Positions 63,996 through 64,000 of a stretch of 64,000 bases of DNA are shown piece by piece (the first letter of the stretch is position 1; every line of letters starts with the position of its first letter). A program made the position numbers and the translations under genes. The notes under the pieces were generated by a model. It saw only the letters and a list, made by a program, of their open reading frames with translations, did not search any database and had not been told where the DNA came from. This DNA comes from a virus (Duplodnaviria > Caudoviricetes): IMG/VR virus record IMGVR_UViG_3300036855_000054, positions 33,058 through 97,057 of that record; one strand, 5' to 3'.

Positions 63996-64000
63996 ACGCG

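Noticed and set aside
1-64000. CRISPR array, rRNA, IS transposase, reverse transcriptase/DGR, lysis cassette
   Set aside because: No regularly spaced repeat-spacer array or diagnostic motifs seen; lysis genes probably lie left of the window

Overview
High-GC actinobacterial temperate siphovirus or prophage segment; the host is probably a filamentous actinomycete (inference from gene content). 1-18018 (minus strand) is a virion module: terminase small and large subunits, portal-MuF fusion, prohead protease/scaffold, major capsid, adaptor, tail terminator, tail tube, frameshifting tail chaperones, tape measure and the start of a minor tail gene. 18162-26000 is a mosaic accessory region with a GT-C mannosyltransferase, an Acb2/Tad1-like sponge gene, decayed genes, short direct repeats and a tyrosine recombinase. 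26000-42200 (mostly minus) carries three DNA methyltransferases, an XF1762 GNAT, a PAPS-reductase-like enzyme, HNH, ASCH and clamp-like genes, and a large TerD-domain protein followed by a highly structured small RNA and a terminator. 42311-53192 (plus) is an early operon: Sak4-like ATPase, DpdA/TGT-like enzyme, WhiB-like, clamp-like, DUF1643, SLOG, NDT-DUF433, LexA-type HTH and RusA. 53280-64000 (minus) is an AICE/plasmid-like TraB (FtsK) module with membrane proteins, WhiB and small ORFs. The best novelty candidates are the TerD protein plus Y-RNA-like RNA, a conjugative TraB module inside a phage, a recurring CCCCTRCCGCA start-associated motif, and a stand-alone NUMOD3-repeat basic protein among the head genes. 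All family calls are from motif recognition by eye; no searches were run. Several single-base homopolymer frameshifts may be assembly errors.
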